Assembly (NCBI RefSeq): GCF_004010195.1 | Contig: NC_057718.1 | Span: 103,943,954 to 103,974,019, forward strand | DNA: 30,066 nucleotides | Direction of reading: 5' to 3' | Origin: Chiloscyllium plagiosum | Taxonomy: Eukaryota | In this document: positions 1 to 12,756 of the stretch, one piece after another | How the letters are laid out: each line of letters opens with the position of its first letter | Numbering within the stretch: position 1 is the first letter of the stretch | Program-made: the position numbers and the translations under genes | Notes under the pieces: generated by a model | Database searches by the model: none | What the model was told of the DNA's origin: nothing | Seen by the model: the letters and a program-made list of their open reading frames with translations, nothing else

Positions 1-140
1 TAATATCCACACATAACCCCAAGTGCGCTGGCTATCCTGGACATACCTGCAAGTCATGACTCAAAAAAAGCAAAGATATCTCTCGAGCTGCCAGAAGTTG
101 GCATTAGCAAATACTTCTTGAGTAAATACTGCCTGCATCT

Positions 141-234
141 CTCCTGATGAGGGGCTTATGCTCGAAATGTCGACTCTCCTGCTCCTCGGATACTGCCTGA
201 CCGGCTGCACTTTTCCAGCACCACACTTTTTGAC
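141..234 (+). mobile_element. Penelope-like element (PLE) terminal fragment with minimal hammerhead motif
   Basis: CTGATGA-GGGGC-TTAT-GCTC-GAAATGTC at 144-171, followed by the same tail (GACTCTCCTGCTCCTCGGATACTGCCTGACC...TTTTCCAGCACC) as the GIY-YIG-bearing element at 6006-6579. Confidence 0.8.
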
Positions 235-1186
235 ATAGGAGTGGAAAGCTAAAAGGAGAGAGAATATGAATAAAAGTAGTGGGATTAACATAAGCAGGAA
301 TATCAAAGGGGCTAGGGTAACGTTACACATGTTTCTTCAGTGAGATCATGCTTTTCTGGACGTGTCAACCTGTGATTCTTGGCAAGAATACAAGTGTTAA
401 TGAATGAACCGTGCTCTGACACACTCACTGGGTGCCTCCACGTGTTCCTCTGTTGCCAATGAATGTTAACTTACACCGATCTTACACACTCTACATTAGA
501 TGTTGCAGTTGGATGTCATGGACAACATCTGCAGCAGAAGTTGAGAAACAACAGTTTTTTAAAAATACCAGTAGCTGTTTTAAAACTGTCCTACCATGAG
601 AATAATTAGATTCAACTATTTTTAAGATTTCCTTCTGAGATGTTTGAGGATTGCTGGGCTCTGGTTATCAAGCTGGGGTGATTTTAAAACTCTGTTAGAC
701 AGCTTGTCACTCTCACTTTCTGAATGATACACATCTGTGTAGTTTTACGCATGCTGTGTGTGAGCATATCTGTGTATATGCATGTCTGTTTGAGTGCATG
801 GGTGCGAATGTGAGTGTGTGTAAGAATGTGTGACAGTGTGCACACATGGATCTGAGATCTCCGAAGTGATCTACTCTGTGAATCAGATCTGATCTCCCAG
901 CCCCGCCCATCAGAAGCTGTTCCGTAGCTTCTCATAACTTGCCCAATCAGAGTTCGTCTCACTCAGAATAGACTAGTGATAGAACTAAGAACCACCTCCA
1001 AGTAGGACCCCAAGCCTGTGTGGATACCCACTTTACAGAGCTATGTAAGTACACAGTTATTGCACAACTGATTATAAAGAGTGGAGCAGATGTTCATTCA
1101 GAGTAAATGGAATTCAGTGCAGGCAGCTGTGGTATTGAGTGACAGGCAAACTGTCCTTGCCTGTGCCTCATTGAAGCACACTTGTT

Positions 1187-1578
1187 CAATGTTTGAGTTA
1201 TAGGGAGAGTCTGAATAGGCTGGGGATTTTTTCCCTGGAGCATCAGAGACAGAGGGTTGACCTTTTGGAAGTTTATAAAATCATGAGAGGCATCAGTAGG
1301 GTGAATAATCTAGGTTTAAGATGAAAGGGGAAAGATTTAAAAGGGGCAACCTCTTCACGCAGAGGGTGGTACGTGTATGGAATGAGCTGCCACAGGAAGT
1401 GGTGGAGGTTGGTACAATTACAGCATTTAAAAGGCATCTGGATGGGTTTTGAATAGGAAGGGTTTAGAGGGATATGGGCAAAATGCTGGCAAATGGGACA
1501 AGATTAATTTAGGATACTTGGCCAGCATGGACAAGTTGGACCGCTATTTCCGTGCTGTACAACTTTATGACTCAATGA
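1187..1578 (+). mobile_element. CR1 LINE 3' end (degenerate ORF2 C-terminus plus 3' UTR)
   Basis: Typical CR1 tail: LNRLGIFSLE.. / EVYKIMRG.. / FTQRVVRVWNELPQEVVE, ending in the TATGACTC-type terminal repeat. Confidence 0.85.
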
Positions 1579-1861
1579 TATACCTGAAACCCAAATAAAA
1601 GTTCCTACAAAGACATCAACTACCTCAGGGTGTGTTTATTCACTGTGTTGCTGAAGCTGCTGCGTAAGATTTGCAGGTTGGACATCTAAACCCTGGCCCC
1701 CTCACAACTAGAACCACAATGTAATTTGAATTTTCCCGGGTTTTAGACTCCAGAGGTTAGTTGTTGAGGGTCCTTTCAGTATGGGAACTAGATCTGAGTA
1801 TCGTGAAGCAGTGAATCCGATAACTGGCCCACCGCCCCATCCGGTACTAACGCCAAATTGG

Positions 1862-1972
1862 TTTGTTTATTCGTTCATGGGGTGTAGGAGCACTGGCTAG
1901 ACCAACATTTATTGTCCATCCCAAAGTCCCAGTTAAGAGTCAACCACATTGCTGCCGGTCTGGAGTCACATG
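1862..1972 (-). mobile_element. 3' fragment of a CR1/Jockey-group (Zenon-like) LINE
   Basis: Resembles the 3' terminus seen at 3972-4040 (TTTATTC..ATGGG.TGT.GG..ACTGGCT.G..CA.CATTTATT..CC.TCCC). Confidence 0.6.
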
Positions 1973-2865
1973 GACTAATCACGTGGACAATAAATGCAAA
2001 TAAGTATCAAGTGGAACATGTTTAGAAATGATCAGCTTTGGACATAAAACCTTGGCCACTCTTCCAGCAACAGAACTGTTTGAAAAGTATTATTATAGCC
2101 TTAAACCATTTCAATCCTTTAGCTTGTTCAATAAAGAAACCTCTTGGGTGAGGGCAATAAGGGATATAAAACAATTATAATCTTACCATAACTCGAAGGG
2201 AACAGCATCTTGTTGTAAGTTTTAAGAAGGAAGCTAGGCCCTGGTGTACACATAGACACAGAGTTGTCTGCAGTCCTGGAATGGTGAATGGGGAAGGCCC
2301 ACCCATCTGATATTCTTTGCTCTGAACCAGCTTTGTATTTTATCCATTCTCAAGCTGCTGGACAGTGATGTCCCTGCTCCTGATCAGTCCTATCGATTTC
2401 AGCCCAGACAGTTCAAACAAAAGTAGTGAAACCTTCCCCATCCCTGAATGACTCCGGGAGCGGTGAGTCAATTCGGAAAATGTGGCAAGATCATGGAAAA
2501 TGAGTTTCTCGATGTTGAGACGTTAAAGTCAGAATTTCCACCTCAGGTTTCAATGAGACAAGAATCTCGCTTGTGAACAGCAAGGGGGCTGTCCGCATGA
2601 ATTAATGTCTCATTATTATCTAATCCTGCCTCATTTCTCTGCAGATTGCTCTTTTTACCAGGCAGTAGGGAGAAACAAGACGGTGACAATTCCCAACAGG
2701 AGAGTCCGAGTATGCTGTTGGCAGTCCAGTTGCCAATTGCTCCTCCTCTTCTAGGCCTTTCCCTCGGCCATCAGTCCCCATGATCTCATGGTATGTCCCA
2801 CAGGCAGTAACCACCAGCACCCCCTGTTTGTAGAAACTCGCACTGGACTCACCACACCATCTTGG

Positions 2866-3495
2866 TGTCACAAAACAAAGTTCCTTTTATTCTAAAAGCT
2901 GTTCTTTGGCTCAAGGAGACTCTGATCTTGATTTTTTTCAGAAGGGTAATAAACTGGTCTGGGGTCTGATCAGTCTGGCTTGGTACAGAGATGAAAAGGA
3001 TTTTGAGAGGCCTTTTGTTTATATGTAAACAGATGAGACTTCAGGCCAAAGTGGTCATGTTTTAGAAGTGACCTGTATAATGGAAGGGGAGTGGTTAGTT
3101 CTCGAGCTGAGCTGAGCAGTTTAGTTCAGTCTGAACTGGTAAGGAGTTCACCAGGGAAATGTGTGGAAACTCTCTCTCTCTCTTTCTGCCCTTCAACTTT
3201 AGCCTGTAAGTATGTGTTACATTTATACTGGGTTTAAAGGGAGTTTGTTTATTGGGACTGTTGTGTATATTCGGAACAGCACAATTAAGTCTAGTTTGGA
3301 TAGACTGAGTTCTGTAGGGGTTATTTATTCTGTTCTTTGTGATTCATTTGGTAATTTTGTGAATAAGTTTTTGTCTGTTTTAAAATCTAGTCGTCAACCG
3401 AGCTATCTTACTCCGGGTAATTTTCACTGTACACTTACCAAAACAAATTGCAAAGTTATGGTCTGGGGCTGCCTGATTAAGAATGTTTTGAGTGG
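2866..3495 (+). mobile_element. Solo (3'-truncated) LTR of the same Gypsy family as 14314-21326
   Basis: Starts TGTCACAAA and is colinear with both proviral LTRs. Similarity stops at GAGTGG, about 19 nt short of the ...CATAACA end. No TSD identified. Confidence 0.92.
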
Positions 3496-3971
3496 ATTTA
3501 TCATACAGATCATCTTGTCAATACTGGCATGGGGAACTCAGTGCAAGCTCTCGCTGTAACGCTGCACGTTCGGGTCACATTGGTCAGGTCAGACAAGGAC
3601 AACTTGAGGCAAAACCTCTCTGAATTCCAGCAGACCAGCCTCCTCCAGCTCACTCTGCACCCACCCTGATGGGATCCTCAACCTGTCACCACAGGAGCCC
3701 AGGCTGGCGAGTCGCCTAGCTCCCCTCACAATCACAACAACAGATTCCACCCCCAAGAGAATGTCACTGTGTCGAGAGATTGAAAACTAGTCTCTGGGGT
3801 GGAGAAGGTTAAGAGGATACCACTAGAAGGCTTTGAAATTCTTAAAGGTTATGAGAGGGCAATGGGGCAAACTATTACATTTACAATTGGTTTTGAGAGC
3901 ATAAAGGGATGTTGAAGAAAATCTGTTTGTATAATTGATTGTTATATTATTGAAAACAGTAACTCAGGTCA

Positions 3972-4755
3972 TTTTTATTCACACATGGGATGTGGGTGTT
4001 ACTGGCTGGGACAGCATTTATTACCCTGTCCCTAGTTGCCCCTTGAGAAGGTGGTGTTGTGCTGCCTTATTAAACAACTGCAGTCCATGTGCTTTCGGGA
4101 CACTGACAATGTCCTTAGGGAGGAATTCCAGGATTTGACCCAGCAACAGTGAAGGAACGGCAATATATTTCCAAGTCGGGATGGTGAATGGCTTGGTGGG
4201 GAACCTGAAGGGGGTGGGGTTCCCATGTATCTGCTGCCCTTGTCCTTCTGGATGGAAGTGTTTGTGGGTTTGAAAGATGCTGTCTTTGGTTAATGTCTGC
4301 AGCACATCTTGTAGATGGTACACACTGCTGCTACCGTGTGTCAGTGGCGGAGGGAGGGGATGTGTGTGGATGTGATGCCAATCAAGTGGCACGATTTGTC
4401 CTGGATGGTGTCAAGTTTCTTGACTGTTGTTGGAGCTGCACCCATCCAGGCAAGTGGGGAGTATTGCATGAGTTGTGCCTTGTAAATGGTGGGACAGGCT
4501 TTGGTGAGTAAGAAGCTAAGTTAGTTGCTGCAAGATTCCTCATCCCTGCTTTTGCAGCCACTGCATTTAAATGGCTGGTCCAGTTCAGTTTCTAATCAAT
4601 GGGGTACCTGCCTGCACCAGTCAGGGCATTCAGTGATGGTGATGCCATTGAATGTCCAGGTATGATTGACAGATTTTGTTCCTTGTTGGAAATGGTCATT
4701 GCCTGGCAGATGTGGGGCACAAACAATACTTGCCATTTGTCAGCCCAAGCCCAAG
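3972..4755 (-). mobile_element. CR1/Jockey-group (Zenon-like) LINE 3' portion, degenerate
   Basis: Minus-strand remnants of RT (..WADKWQVLFVPHICQAMTISNK) and of the SPLAWMxAAPTT..KLDTIQDK region. Homologous to 7220-7680. Confidence 0.8.
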
Positions 4756-6005
4756 GTAACTGTTCGAGTTGAGTTAAGCACAGCACGTAAGATGAAATTA
4801 ACATTCCCAGAGGCTAGATCATTAAAGGGTGGGAGCCTAAGCACAAAGATGAGATGAAAATCGATGGGTGCCATGTGGATTTGGCGTTGACCGAATGCAT
4901 GAGAGCGGAAGAGTCTTCCATCTGTGACTAAATGATCAAGAATTGTACTGGAGTTGATTCTCCTCCACTCTGAAATGCCCACCCTGTCCAACACGCAGTG
5001 TAACCACCTCCTGTCATCTCCTGCGCACTTTATCAAAACCACAAGCAAGATGCCTGAATTCTGAGCAGCATGTAAATAAAATTTCAGAGCAGAAAGAACT
5101 GGCAAGCTGAAAGATTATCAAACAGAACCTCAGGAACCTTTCAAAGAACTTTATTTTAACAAACATTTAAATCTCTCTGTAGCAATCAAATGTAGTGTTT
5201 CAAATCATTCATTGTAATAACTGTGTCTCAGTCCAGACATTTAACAAACATTATATTCCGAACTGGCACTTGATCATGTTTTTATGACCTTTTATGAGTA
5301 TCAAAGATCATTGTAAATGGAAAAGCTGACAGTTTTAATTAGAGTTTTAAAAGTCTCATTATGCTCTGTGCAATTTAACATCAAAAAAGTTATTAGTGAT
5401 TGCTGTAACCCATGTAAATTCACTGGTGTAATGTTCCATTTCTGATGGGATTTCTTGAGGAAACAGGACCAGATGGCAGGTCATGGAGGTGGACAAGAAT
5501 TTCCTCACAAATTCATCAGCTCAGGAAAGCAAAGAGGTGTAAGTACAAATGTTCGACTTGTTTCAGTTCCTTTGTTCGAAAACTGCTTGAGAAATGATGG
5601 TATTGAAGATGCAAACTGAACTCTGATGCTAACATAGAACTCTTGATGTTTATATAAGTAGTAAGAATCTACTAAAATGTGGATCTGGATTAAATCACAG
5701 ATATGAAATACCCTTCGCCTATTTATACTGAGTGCCCGTAGCATTTGTAAAACTCAGGACACTTAAATTACTCTGGTTTTACAAACTGACTAGCAATCCC
5801 TTCTGTACACGGGTCACTGCAGCCTGTACTGTTCCCACTCTTTACAAGAACTTACTGCAGTAAAAGTCTGTAAAATTAAACCTGAGATCGCCCCTTGTTG
5901 GCCACATGAAAAATATTTATGTTGCAAACGCCCGTGAGATTGACTTGCAGCCAAAGCCTGACATAAAATTTATACTGCCGTCTCTGCAGAGCCAGACCTG
6001 GTTCT

Positions 6006-6579
6006 CGGAGAAAGGGAGGACTGCAGATGCTGGAGATCGGAGTCAAAAAAGTGTGGTGCTGGAAAAGCACAGCTGGTCAGGCAGCATCCGAGGAGCAGGA
6101 GAGTCGATGTTTCAGGCATAAGCCCTTCATCGGGAATGTGGCGGGGAGGGGGGAAAGGGGCTGAGAGATAAATAGGTGGGTGGGGTGAAGGTGGGGAGAA
6201 GGTAGCTTGGAAGGCAATAGATGAATGCAGGTGGGAGGTAATTGTGATAGGTCAGAGTGGAGGGTGGAGTGGAGAGGTGGGAAGGAAAATGGACAGGTAG
6301 GACAATTCAAGGGGGCGATGCTGAGTTGGAGGGTTGAATCTGGCTTGAGGTGGGGGAAGGGGAGATGAGGAAACTGGTGACATCGACATTGATGCCGTGT
6401 GGTTGGAGGGTCCCAAGGTGGAAGATGAGGCGTTCTTCCTCCAGTTGTCGGGTGGCTTGGATTTGGAGGTGGATGAGGCCCAGGACTTGCATGTCCTTGG
6501 CGAAGTGGGAGGGGTGTTGAAGTCGTTGGCCATGGGGCGATGGGGTTGTTTGGTGCGTGTGTCCCAGAGATGTTCCCTG
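6006..6579 (-). mobile_element. Penelope-like retroelement, 5'-truncated (GIY-YIG C-terminus plus terminal repeat with decayed hammerhead)
   Basis: Minus-strand ..EHLWDTRTKQPHRPMANDFN..MQVLGLIHLQIQATRQLEEERLIFHLGTLQPHGIN matches the PLE endonuclease end. TSD CAGACCTG(G/A)TTCT at 5993-6005 and 6580-6592. Decayed core CCGATGA..GAAACATC at about 6103-6135. Confidence 0.88.
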
Positions 6580-6899
6580 CAGACCTGATTCTAACTCTGC
6601 AACTTAGTGATCAGTGCTCCAAAAGCACCTGGCTAGGACTATTAGATGTTTCTCAAGCTTCCTGGATGTACCTGAAACAGATGCTTATTCCTCTGTGTCT
6701 GTCAATGAAGGATTCCCTGCCCAAATTGACACATCTTCAGGGTTTTTCTGGGGTGGCTTTAGCAATAAACAAAAGGATGTTGTTTCTTTTTCTCTGCTTT
6801 TTTTGGCTTCGCTAAATGCCTGAAGACCACTACCAACTGTGGACCAGTGCCAACTACCACCCCCCCCCCTCTGTCTGTCTGTCTGTCTCTCTCTCAATC

Positions 6900-7219
6900 C
6901 TCTTTCCCAATGCTGAGAGGATATTTCCCCTCATGGCAGAGTCCAGGACCAGAGGGCATAGTCTCAGAGTAAAGGGGCACCAATTTAAGGCTGAGATGAG
7001 GAGGAATTTCTTCTCTCAAAGAGTTGAGAGTTTTTTGAACTTGTTGCCACAGAGAGCTGGGGGGTGGCAAGTCCTTATGAATAGTTAAGGCTGCCTTAGA
7101 TGGACTCTTGATCAGTCAGGAATCAAGCATTATGGAGAAAGGACAGGACAATGGATGTGAGGAATGGCAGATCAGCCAAGATCCTCCTGAATGGTGGAAT
7201 AGGCTCGAGGGCTGAATGC
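6900..7219 (+). mobile_element. CR1 LINE 3' end
   Basis: ..AERIFPLMAESRTRGHSLRVKGHQFKAEMRRNFFSQRV.. followed by a 3' UTR (GAATGGTGGAATAGGCTCGAGGGCTGAATG). Confidence 0.88.
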
Positions 7220-7680
7220 CCTTAGGGAGGATTCTGACCCAGCAACACTGAAGGAACAATGATATATTTCCAAGTCAGGATGGGGAGTGGCATGGAGACG
7301 AATGTGAAGGGGGTGGTATTCCCATGTATCTGCTGCCCTTGTCCTTCTAGATGGAAGTGGTTGTGGGTTTGGAAGGTACTGTCTGAGGATCTTTGGTGAA
7401 GTTCTGCAGGGCCTCTTGTAGATAGTACACACTGCTGCTACTGAGCTTTGGTGGTGAACAGAGCGGATGCTTGAGGATGTGGTGCCAATCAAAAGGATTA
7501 CTTTGTCCTGGATGGTGTCAAGCTTCTTGAGTGTTGTTGGAGCTGCCCCCATCCAGGCAAGTGGGGAGCATTCCATCACAATCCTGACTTGTGTCTTGTA
7601 GATGGTGGACTGAATCAGAAGATGAGTTCCTCAGTGCAGGATTCCTGTGTCTCTGAGCTGCTCTTGAAGTATTTAGTTCA
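7220..7680 (-). mobile_element. CR1/Jockey-group (Zenon-like) LINE fragment
   Basis: ORF 7172-7579(-): MECSPLAWMGAAPTTLKKLDTIQDK..VAAVCTIYK.., the post-RT region of non-LTR ORF2. Confidence 0.82.
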
Positions 7681-7859
7681 TCTGTTGATACCCATTCTAG
7701 GGGCATGCTCAGTTGGTAACACTGAAAAGTAATTTTTTGATTTGATGATTCAAGCTGGTAAAGCTGTCATGTGGAGATAACTAGCCTCTTCTGATTACCT
7801 TCATTTTCAAACCTGGTTATCCGACTCCAGAACAGGTTGCAAGGATTGTCATTTAACCA

Positions 7860-8067
7860 GGTCAGAAGTCACACGACACCAGGTTATGGTGCAACAGGTT
7901 TATTTGAAATCACAAGCTTTTGAAGCACTGCTCCATCGTCAAGTGTCCTGATGGAGGGCCAGCGCTCTAAAAGCCTGTGACTTTAAATAAACCTGTTGGA
8001 CTATAACCTGGTGTCAAGTGACTTCTGACCTTGTCCACCCCAGTCCAACCGCGGCACCGCCACATCA
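7860..8067. mobile_element. Palindromic (fold-back) PLE-derived insert, second family, with decayed hammerheads in both arms
   Basis: 7860-7943 is an imperfect reverse complement of 7947-8030. Degenerate TSD TGTCATTTAACCA (7847-7859) / TATCATCGAACCA (8068-8080). Confidence 0.8.
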
Positions 8068-9365
8068 TATCATCGAACCAAACAGTGCAAATCTTCCAGT
8101 TCTCCCACCGTCAATGATCTTCTTTAGCCATTCTGTTCAATGCCTCACAGTTTGAGAGGCTTACCTTCTGTATGACCCTAAAGCCCAGCGTAGATATTTC
8201 TTCCTGGCCTCTCCTTGGAATCTCCTAAGGATTTATCCTTGATACTTCACCTGCATATTCTGACCCCCACAGCACCATCCAATGAAAGGTGTCCTTGCCA
8301 ATATTTATTTCTCAAACACGTACATGTTTTATCCATTCCCATGATCCAGGCATTGCTAGCTAGGTCACACTTATTGTCCATCCCTCTTTGCCCAGACATC
8401 AGTAAATATTATGGGATCACTTGAAACAAAAACAGTAAAGAACTTGAAAATCAGTTAACAAATTAAAACATTCTTGTGCCAAAATGGGAGGTAATTATTG
8501 CTGAGGAGGAGAGGGGATAAAGACTGTCACTGCGGGTCTGGAGTCACATGCAGGTCAGGCCAGGTAAAGACAGCAGAGTTCCTTTCAACCCATGTCACCA
8601 AAACCCATTATCTGGTGGAAATCTGGTGTAAATTGGTTGCTGCATTTTGTCCAACAGCGAGTGTGCATCAATGAATACTTCATTCAAAAGTCAAGAAAGG
8701 TGGCTATTAAAATGCAAGTTCTGCAGGCCTAATGCAAAGTAGTCTTTCCTAAAGCAAAACAAGGAGCTGACAAGCTCAAGTTTACTATAGCATTGATGAA
8801 GGCATCATAGATTCAACAGGTTACAAAGAATACAGTGGAGGAAGATCTGGACAATATTTAAACTCAAACACTCTTTACTGTGTTAATTCATCAAATATCA
8901 ATGTATTAAACATGAGAAATGTGCACACAATAATACAATAAGCAACATGTCTTAGACAGTTAGACAGAGTCTTAGTCATTTTATTTTCAAACTACTGTAC
9001 AGGCATGTTATTTATAATGTTGTATATTAATGGAATGTCACATTTGAAATCCTTTGAGAGGTATGATGCCATTTTTGTATCAAAACAAAACAACTGATTG
9101 CAATTTGCCCGTCTCACCCTTTACACATGAGAAAAGCTGTCCGTGGTTTCGAACAGATCTCAAGATACAATCCTCACTGCTAAGCATTTATCGAAATTCT
9201 TTGTTTCACAGAAGTTACATCAGGTAGAAACGTTCCTAATTTGAGAAGTGCAAGGAACAGCAAGCGCACTGCAAGAGAAACCACTTCCTCTTCACTTGTA
9301 GTCAATGACTCAAAGTCTTCCTCATGGCTGATTATCCCAGATGTCAGAACTGTGGATGTGGTTCA

Positions 9366-10040
9366 TATACACACACACACATATACAACCTCACACATAT
9401 GCACACGCACGCACACACAGACACACACGTGTGCACACTCTTACACACACAAACTCACAGACACGCACACTCACACACGCACACACATATGCACAAACAC
9501 ATACCCACACACACTCTCTCTCTCACATACACACAGACACACATACGCACACAAAACCCTCACACATACATTCATACACAGTCACACACAGAAACTCACA
9601 CACATGCGCACACACAGAGACACACACACACTCATGCACACTCTCACACACAGACACACGCACAAAAACCCACACCCACTCTCTCTCTCACACACACATA
9701 CACACACACGCACACATACACATGCCCACACATAGACACACACATGCACTTACACACTGTCTCTCTTTCTCTCTCTCGCACACACTCACGCACACCCTCA
9801 CACACACACCCACCCACACTCAGTAATGTAAAGGAATACCCACCCACATTTACGCAAATACATGCAGTCAAATACAGATACACACACATAAAGTCAGACA
9901 CAGGTACACACAAGCACACACACAATCAGATACGGGTGCACACATGCACTGCACAGACACACAAACATACCTTTCTCTCACACACACAGATTCACACGGC
10001 ATGTGTGCACACACACAGTCAGTCATTCAGTACACACACA
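9366..10040. repeat. Degenerate (CA)n/(CT)n low-complexity tract
   Basis: Visible CA-rich simple repeat; explains the His/Thr-rich pseudo-ORFs. Confidence 0.95.
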
Positions 10041-10847
10041 TAAATTCCCACCATGCATGTGCAAACAATCATATTCAGTAACCGCACTTCACATTCATTT
10101 GGATGTGAAGCCGCATAAATGCAATTAGCTTTTAATTACAACTTGTGGGTTGCACTGCAAGCTTTAATTCGTTCTTTACTTCAATGGGGATTAATTCTGA
10201 TTTGTAAACTTTAAGGGCACTTAACAAACTAGCGTCTTGCCCGGTTCTAGTGAACATATCAAGTGAATATGTCTTTTCCAGGTCCTGAGTAGATCTTAAG
10301 TCTGTCTTGCCCTGAACTCTCAGCTGTTCATTGATGTTCTAGCACAGATCAGAGATGGTCACTCATTTAGACGTGACATTTCAGTGTGAGCTGAGCTGGC
10401 TTTTTTTTTGTTGAGAAATAAAATAAATTTTGAAAGAGATCTGTTGGTGAAGAAATAGAAATCACTTCTGAACTCACCTCCAAAGTGTTGGACATGTCAT
10501 AAATTCTGGCAAAGATACAGAGGTGTAATCAACTGGCTATTTTTACTGTGTAAGTGTTCCTGTACTGTAGACTGAAGTCTCAATAAGAGGAACTCTTGTC
10601 TGAAATGTTCCTGTGAAAAGCCAAATATTTCCAGAGGCTTGTGATTAATATTATTTCTGTCTGTCCGCCTGATTTTAAGAGTCAAGTGTTGATGACATCA
10701 TTGGAGAAAGCGTGTTGGAAGATGCTGTGTCTATTTGGGTTAATGCTTCCTTTGTGCAGCTTGAAGTTCATTTGGAAGAGCGTGTTTACAAGTTGGTACA
10801 GCATATGCACAGGGAAAACGTTTCTCAGGTGCAATTAAGCTAAAGGA

Positions 10848-10952
10848 AAATAAAAGCAGAAAACAGTGGATGCTGGTAAACTAAAATAGAAAGCATAACA
10901 TCCTGGAAATACTCAGTGGGTCTGGCATCATCTTTGGGCAAAGGAACATAGA
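10848..10952 (-). mobile_element. Old PLE-derived terminal fragment
   Basis: GATGCTGG..CTGGAAATACTCAG.GGGTCTGGCA.CATCT, similar to 22133-22295. Confidence 0.55.
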
Positions 10953-11524
10953 GAATGAAACATGGAGAACCAAACAGAATGCAAATGAAGAGGAAATGTT
11001 TTAACTTACAATGTGTTTCTTATTTCTTGAACATTTCAAATCAGGACATTTTCCACCCTACAACTGATTAAAACATTGAAGTGGTTAATTGCATTTTGGA
11101 AAGGAGGAGACGCGGGTGAATCAACCAAGAGGCTGGTGATCCTTCTGAGCAGTACAGATGCTGGTGTAGAGTGTCAGACAGTCTCCTGTAATCAGTAGAG
11201 TTTAAACAGTTTTCTAACAGACTATTAAGGATGATGTTACAAAGAAGCAATGTTGCAGTATAGGCCGGAGAAAATCTCAGGTCAGTACATATTTGCTTCC
11301 CTATTAGAGATATTTGTTCTTATCACGTGTAAAAGCCACTCTTGTCTCCTCCACTGTATCAACTCTCTTTGTAAAATCTCAGAAACCAAAGGCTTGCAAA
11401 CTGGGGGGAAATCAGCAGCATCAAACTGATGAACCAAAAAATTAAAAGTAAGTCAAAGTATAAAAATAAGAGACTATATTACATACTGTACCATACTTTG
11501 AGGGTGTTGGGTTGGTCAGGTAAG

Positions 11525-12159
11525 CTATGTACAGTTAGCTCAGTTGGCTGGATGGCTAGTTAATTGACGCATCATCATCATCATCATTGGCGGTCCCTCA
11601 CAGATGAGGGTGATTCTTTTCCACTCTCCGGGTGTGTCTGTAGGTGGCTGTACAGACTGGTGGAGCTACAGCAGGCTCTGTTACACTTGGGGCAGAAGTT
11701 GGCCGTGGGAAGGGGTGGATGGAGTGATGGTGTGGCACTGCACTCCTTTCCCTGTTTCCGCCCGGCTTCCGCTTTTTCCCGATGGCCAAGTCCCGAGACC
11801 TTCCTGGATGCTCCTCCTCCATGTTGGACGGTCACAGCCCAGTGATTCCAAGGTGTCGGTGGGGAATGCTGCACTTCCCCAGTGAGGCCTTGTGGGTATC
11901 CCTGAAGAAATTCCTCTGTTCCACCTGGGACTCCCCTGCCGTTTTGGAGCTGGGGGTAGTCCACCTGCTTGGGGAGTCTCGTGTGGGTCATGGAGATGAT
12001 GTGCCCTGCCAATCACACATGGTCAAGGGTTGATGCAGAGCGAGGCCAACAGTGTGGGTTAAATTCCTGTTTCAGCTGAGACACCATGAAGGATTCTACT
12101 TCCATGAAGGATTCTCCCCTCCCCTGAGATGTGGTGGCACTCAGGTTAACCCCCCACTA

Positions 12160-12200
<41 letters not shown>
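11525..12200 (+). mobile_element. tRNA-derived SINE split by an RTE insertion
   Basis: A-box-like TAGCTCAGTTGG (11536-11547) before the insert, B-box-like GGGTTAAATTCC (12056-12067) after it, and a (CT)n tail. Confidence 0.7.
11572..12029 (-). mobile_element. RTE-clade LINE 3' end
   Basis: Minus strand: AGHIISM..RLPKQV.YPQL..G....GG, C-terminal zinc finger CPKCNRAC...LYSHLQTH, and an (ATG)n tail. TSD TTGA(C/T)GCA at 11564-11571 and 12030-12037. Confidence 0.85.
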
Positions 12201-12756
12201 TTGTCTCAAATGATGTGGTAAGACAATTGTGACATTATCTTGCCTTTCACTTGTGCAGTTTCTTGTGTGTTGGAGTCTAGGATACAGACCTGTCTTTTGT
12301 ACTCTGCAGCTTATCGATCGATTAGGGATCAAATGTCAAACTATTATATAGTGAACACAGCATTAAGTTGCAGGTGCAGTTATGCCATCCTTTATGTGAT
12401 CCATTGTTTTATTTATAATCAACCAGTTTTCATTGGATACCTTTATTGTTGCCATATCCAGTCTCCATTTCCCCTCCTTCTCATTACTAATTCAGTTCTG
12501 ATGTCTTTCCTGAAAGTGTAAATGCTGAGTTGTGGTGCAGGTCGCTTCTGCACTTAATGGTGAAAACAAACAGAACAATGGGACTGCTGTCCATCCTTAA
12601 CTGGTCGGCAGGAATGAAATACGGATCAGGGCAGGAAGGGACAGAGTATACAATCCCTAGAAAAACAGCAGGAAATGGGATCAAAAGGGAAAGAAATGGT
12701 CAGAGGTAAAATTAATGGATCTTAACTTGAGTGAGCGTAGTATTAGGGACAATATA

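Noticed and set aside
895..955. GC box (CCCCGCCC) plus CCAAT box
   Set aside because: No CpG island or adjacent exon; too little evidence for a promoter call.
2430..2860. Sequence with small inverted repeats, possibly an old non-autonomous DNA transposon
   Set aside because: Could not identify terminal inverted repeats or a TSD.
3212..3559. Recurrent peptide SVLKSS.QPSYLTPGNFHC.. in three ORFs, suggesting a gene family or env
   Set aside because: It is the same LTR segment translated in three LTR copies, with different starts and ends and no coding evidence.
4740..5105. 121-aa minus-strand ORF in unique sequence
   Set aside because: Non-ATG start, no motif and no splice support; length is compatible with chance.
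5468..5545. Possible plus-strand micro-exon (..MEVDKNFLTNSSAQESKE|GTAAGT)
   Set aside because: Weak acceptor and no recognisable homology or partner exons.
9118..9128. MCKG start resembling the RGS4/RGS5 N-terminus
   Set aside because: Only four residues, with no RGS-domain exons visible in the window; insufficient to name a gene.
9241..10043. Long His/Thr-rich ORFs (up to 239 aa)
   Set aside because: Translations of degenerate (CA)n repeat, open in several overlapping frames.
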